Positions 63,027 to 64,000 of a DNA stretch of 64,000 nt are shown here, piece after piece. The notes below the pieces were generated by a model. The model saw only the letters and a list, made by a program, of their open reading frames with translations. It was not told the origin of the DNA and did not search any database. The position numbers and the translations under genes were made by a program. Position 1 is the stretch's first letter, and the number at the start of each line of letters is the position of its first letter. The stretch spans positions 124,001-188,000 of IMG/VR virus record IMGVR_UViG_3300024502_000010; one strand, 5' to 3'.

Positions 63027-64000
63027 TCAGTCGTGCTCACCCATTGCTTTTTGCTTACGGAGTTTCTTAGGATTCTTAGTAATTCCACCAGGACCCTCTG
63101 AAGGATAATCGTGGTCGGCACGAGTTCCTACACCGTGAGCAGAACCTGCTCTTGCTCTTTCTCTATCATCGGCAGTTAGACCCTTTCTTGGAGAACCATA
63201 AGCATCCTTTCTGTTGGCAGGATTGGTTCTCCTTTGCATTGCTTTTAAGAATGGCTTTCTCTTTGCAGTCATCTTGGTTTTTAATGCTGCACTATATGCT
63301 TTTGGAGTTTCGCCGTATGAACCTTCTGCTTCAGAAATAATTTCAGATCTCCACTCTTCACTCATATTTGCCATAATAGCGATTGCTGCCTCTTCAGTTT
63401 CAGCATATCCTTCATCGAGCAAATATCCTTTTACAATATCGAACATATCAAATCCAGAAACAATACTTCCTGGCTTTTTGGAACCAGTTGCCTTATTTAC
63501 TGGAGCAGGGGCTGCTGCTGGGGTTGGTTTTAGTGCTGCAACGGCACCACTCTTTACAATAGCATCAGCTTTTGCTTTTTGTTGATCTGGAGCATTACCA
63601 GTTTGATATCCAAATGTCTTTTGCATTAAAGGATTTGGAGTTTTTGGTTTGATTGATTCTGGACCTGCTGCCTTTGTTCCAGGAGCTGGTTTTGCTGCAG
63701 CGGTTGGTGCTGGTTTTGTTGCAGGAGCAGTTGGCGCTGGTTTTGCTGCTGCTGGTCTTGCTGCTGGGGTTGCTGCTGGTCTTGCTGCTGCTGGTCTTGC
63801 TGCTGCTGGTTTTGCTGCTGGTTTTGCTGCTGGTTTTGCTGCTGGTTTTGCTGCAGGGGGTTTTGCTGCTTGCTTTTGGAGATATTCACCAGTTGTAGAG
63901 ACTCTTCTGTTTGCCTCAACACCACTCATTCCAGTTTTCATTAATTTTTGAACTTTTGCTTTACCACCACCAGCAGAAAATGCAGTCATTACAGGTGCTT
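63027..64000 (-). CDS. late modular protein (5'-truncated) with PAAK repeats and LLDEGYA module
   Basis: Frame appears open to the window edge; FDIVKGYLLDEGYAETEEAAIAIMANMSEEWR. Confidence 0.8.
   Translation of the reverse strand, partial: APVMTAFSAGGGKAKVQKLMKTGMSGVEANRRVSTTGEYLQKQAAKPPAAKPAAKPAAKPAAKPAAARPAAARPAATPAARPAAAKPAPTAPATKPAPTAAAKPAPGTKAAGPESIKPKTPNPLMQKTFGYQTGNAPDQQKAKADAIVKSGAVAALKPTPAAAPAPVNKATGSKKPGSIVSGFDMFDIVKGYLLDEGYAETEEAAIAIMANMSEEWRSEIISEAEGSYGETPKAYSAALKTKMTAKRKPFLKAMQRRTNPANRKDAYGSPRKGLTADDRERARAGSAHGVGTRADHDYPSEGPGGITKNPKKLRKQKAMGEHD
63720..63870 (-). repeat. 12/15-bp coding repeats encoding (A)AKP/(A)ARP
   Basis: Tandem TGCTGCTGGTTT / TGCTGCTGGTCT units on the plus strand. 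Confidence 0.9.

Noticed and set aside
63626-63951. Poly-Gln, poly-Leu and (AAGF)n ORFs
   Set aside because: Alternative frames of the PAAK coding repeat

Overview
A 64 kb segment of a T4-like cyanophage (cyanomyovirus) genome, almost all on the minus strand; the host is probably a picocyanobacterium. In transcription order (right to left) it holds: large late, low-complexity virion-type proteins; primase, nrdA and nrdB; several free-standing homing endonucleases; a dispersed set of 13 tRNAs plus tRNA-like and structured spacer RNAs; dps and gnd; a wcaG-type RNA leading into a ~17.6 kb AT-rich glycan-modification island that includes nadE; an auxiliary metabolic block (porin, ahcY, pstS, two hli, petF, peroxiredoxin); two lysin-like genes; an autotransporter-like protein; a plus-strand four-gene operon of secreted proteins; intronless psbA and psbD, each followed by an endonuclease; speD; a nitrogen-control locus; and thyX. 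The most striking observations are three. (1) An NtcA box precedes tandem glutamine (glnA-type) riboswitch aptamers, and the first aptamer is split with an entire 67-aa ORF inside its P2 loop. (2) Endonuclease cassettes appear to have replaced the 3' ends of their target genes: an orphan psbA 3' end and an orphan tRNA 3' end lie downstream, and the psbA and psbD targets are recoded. (3) Several late proteins look like prohead-protease-processed polyproteins. All calls are by eye from the sequence; no database search was run.
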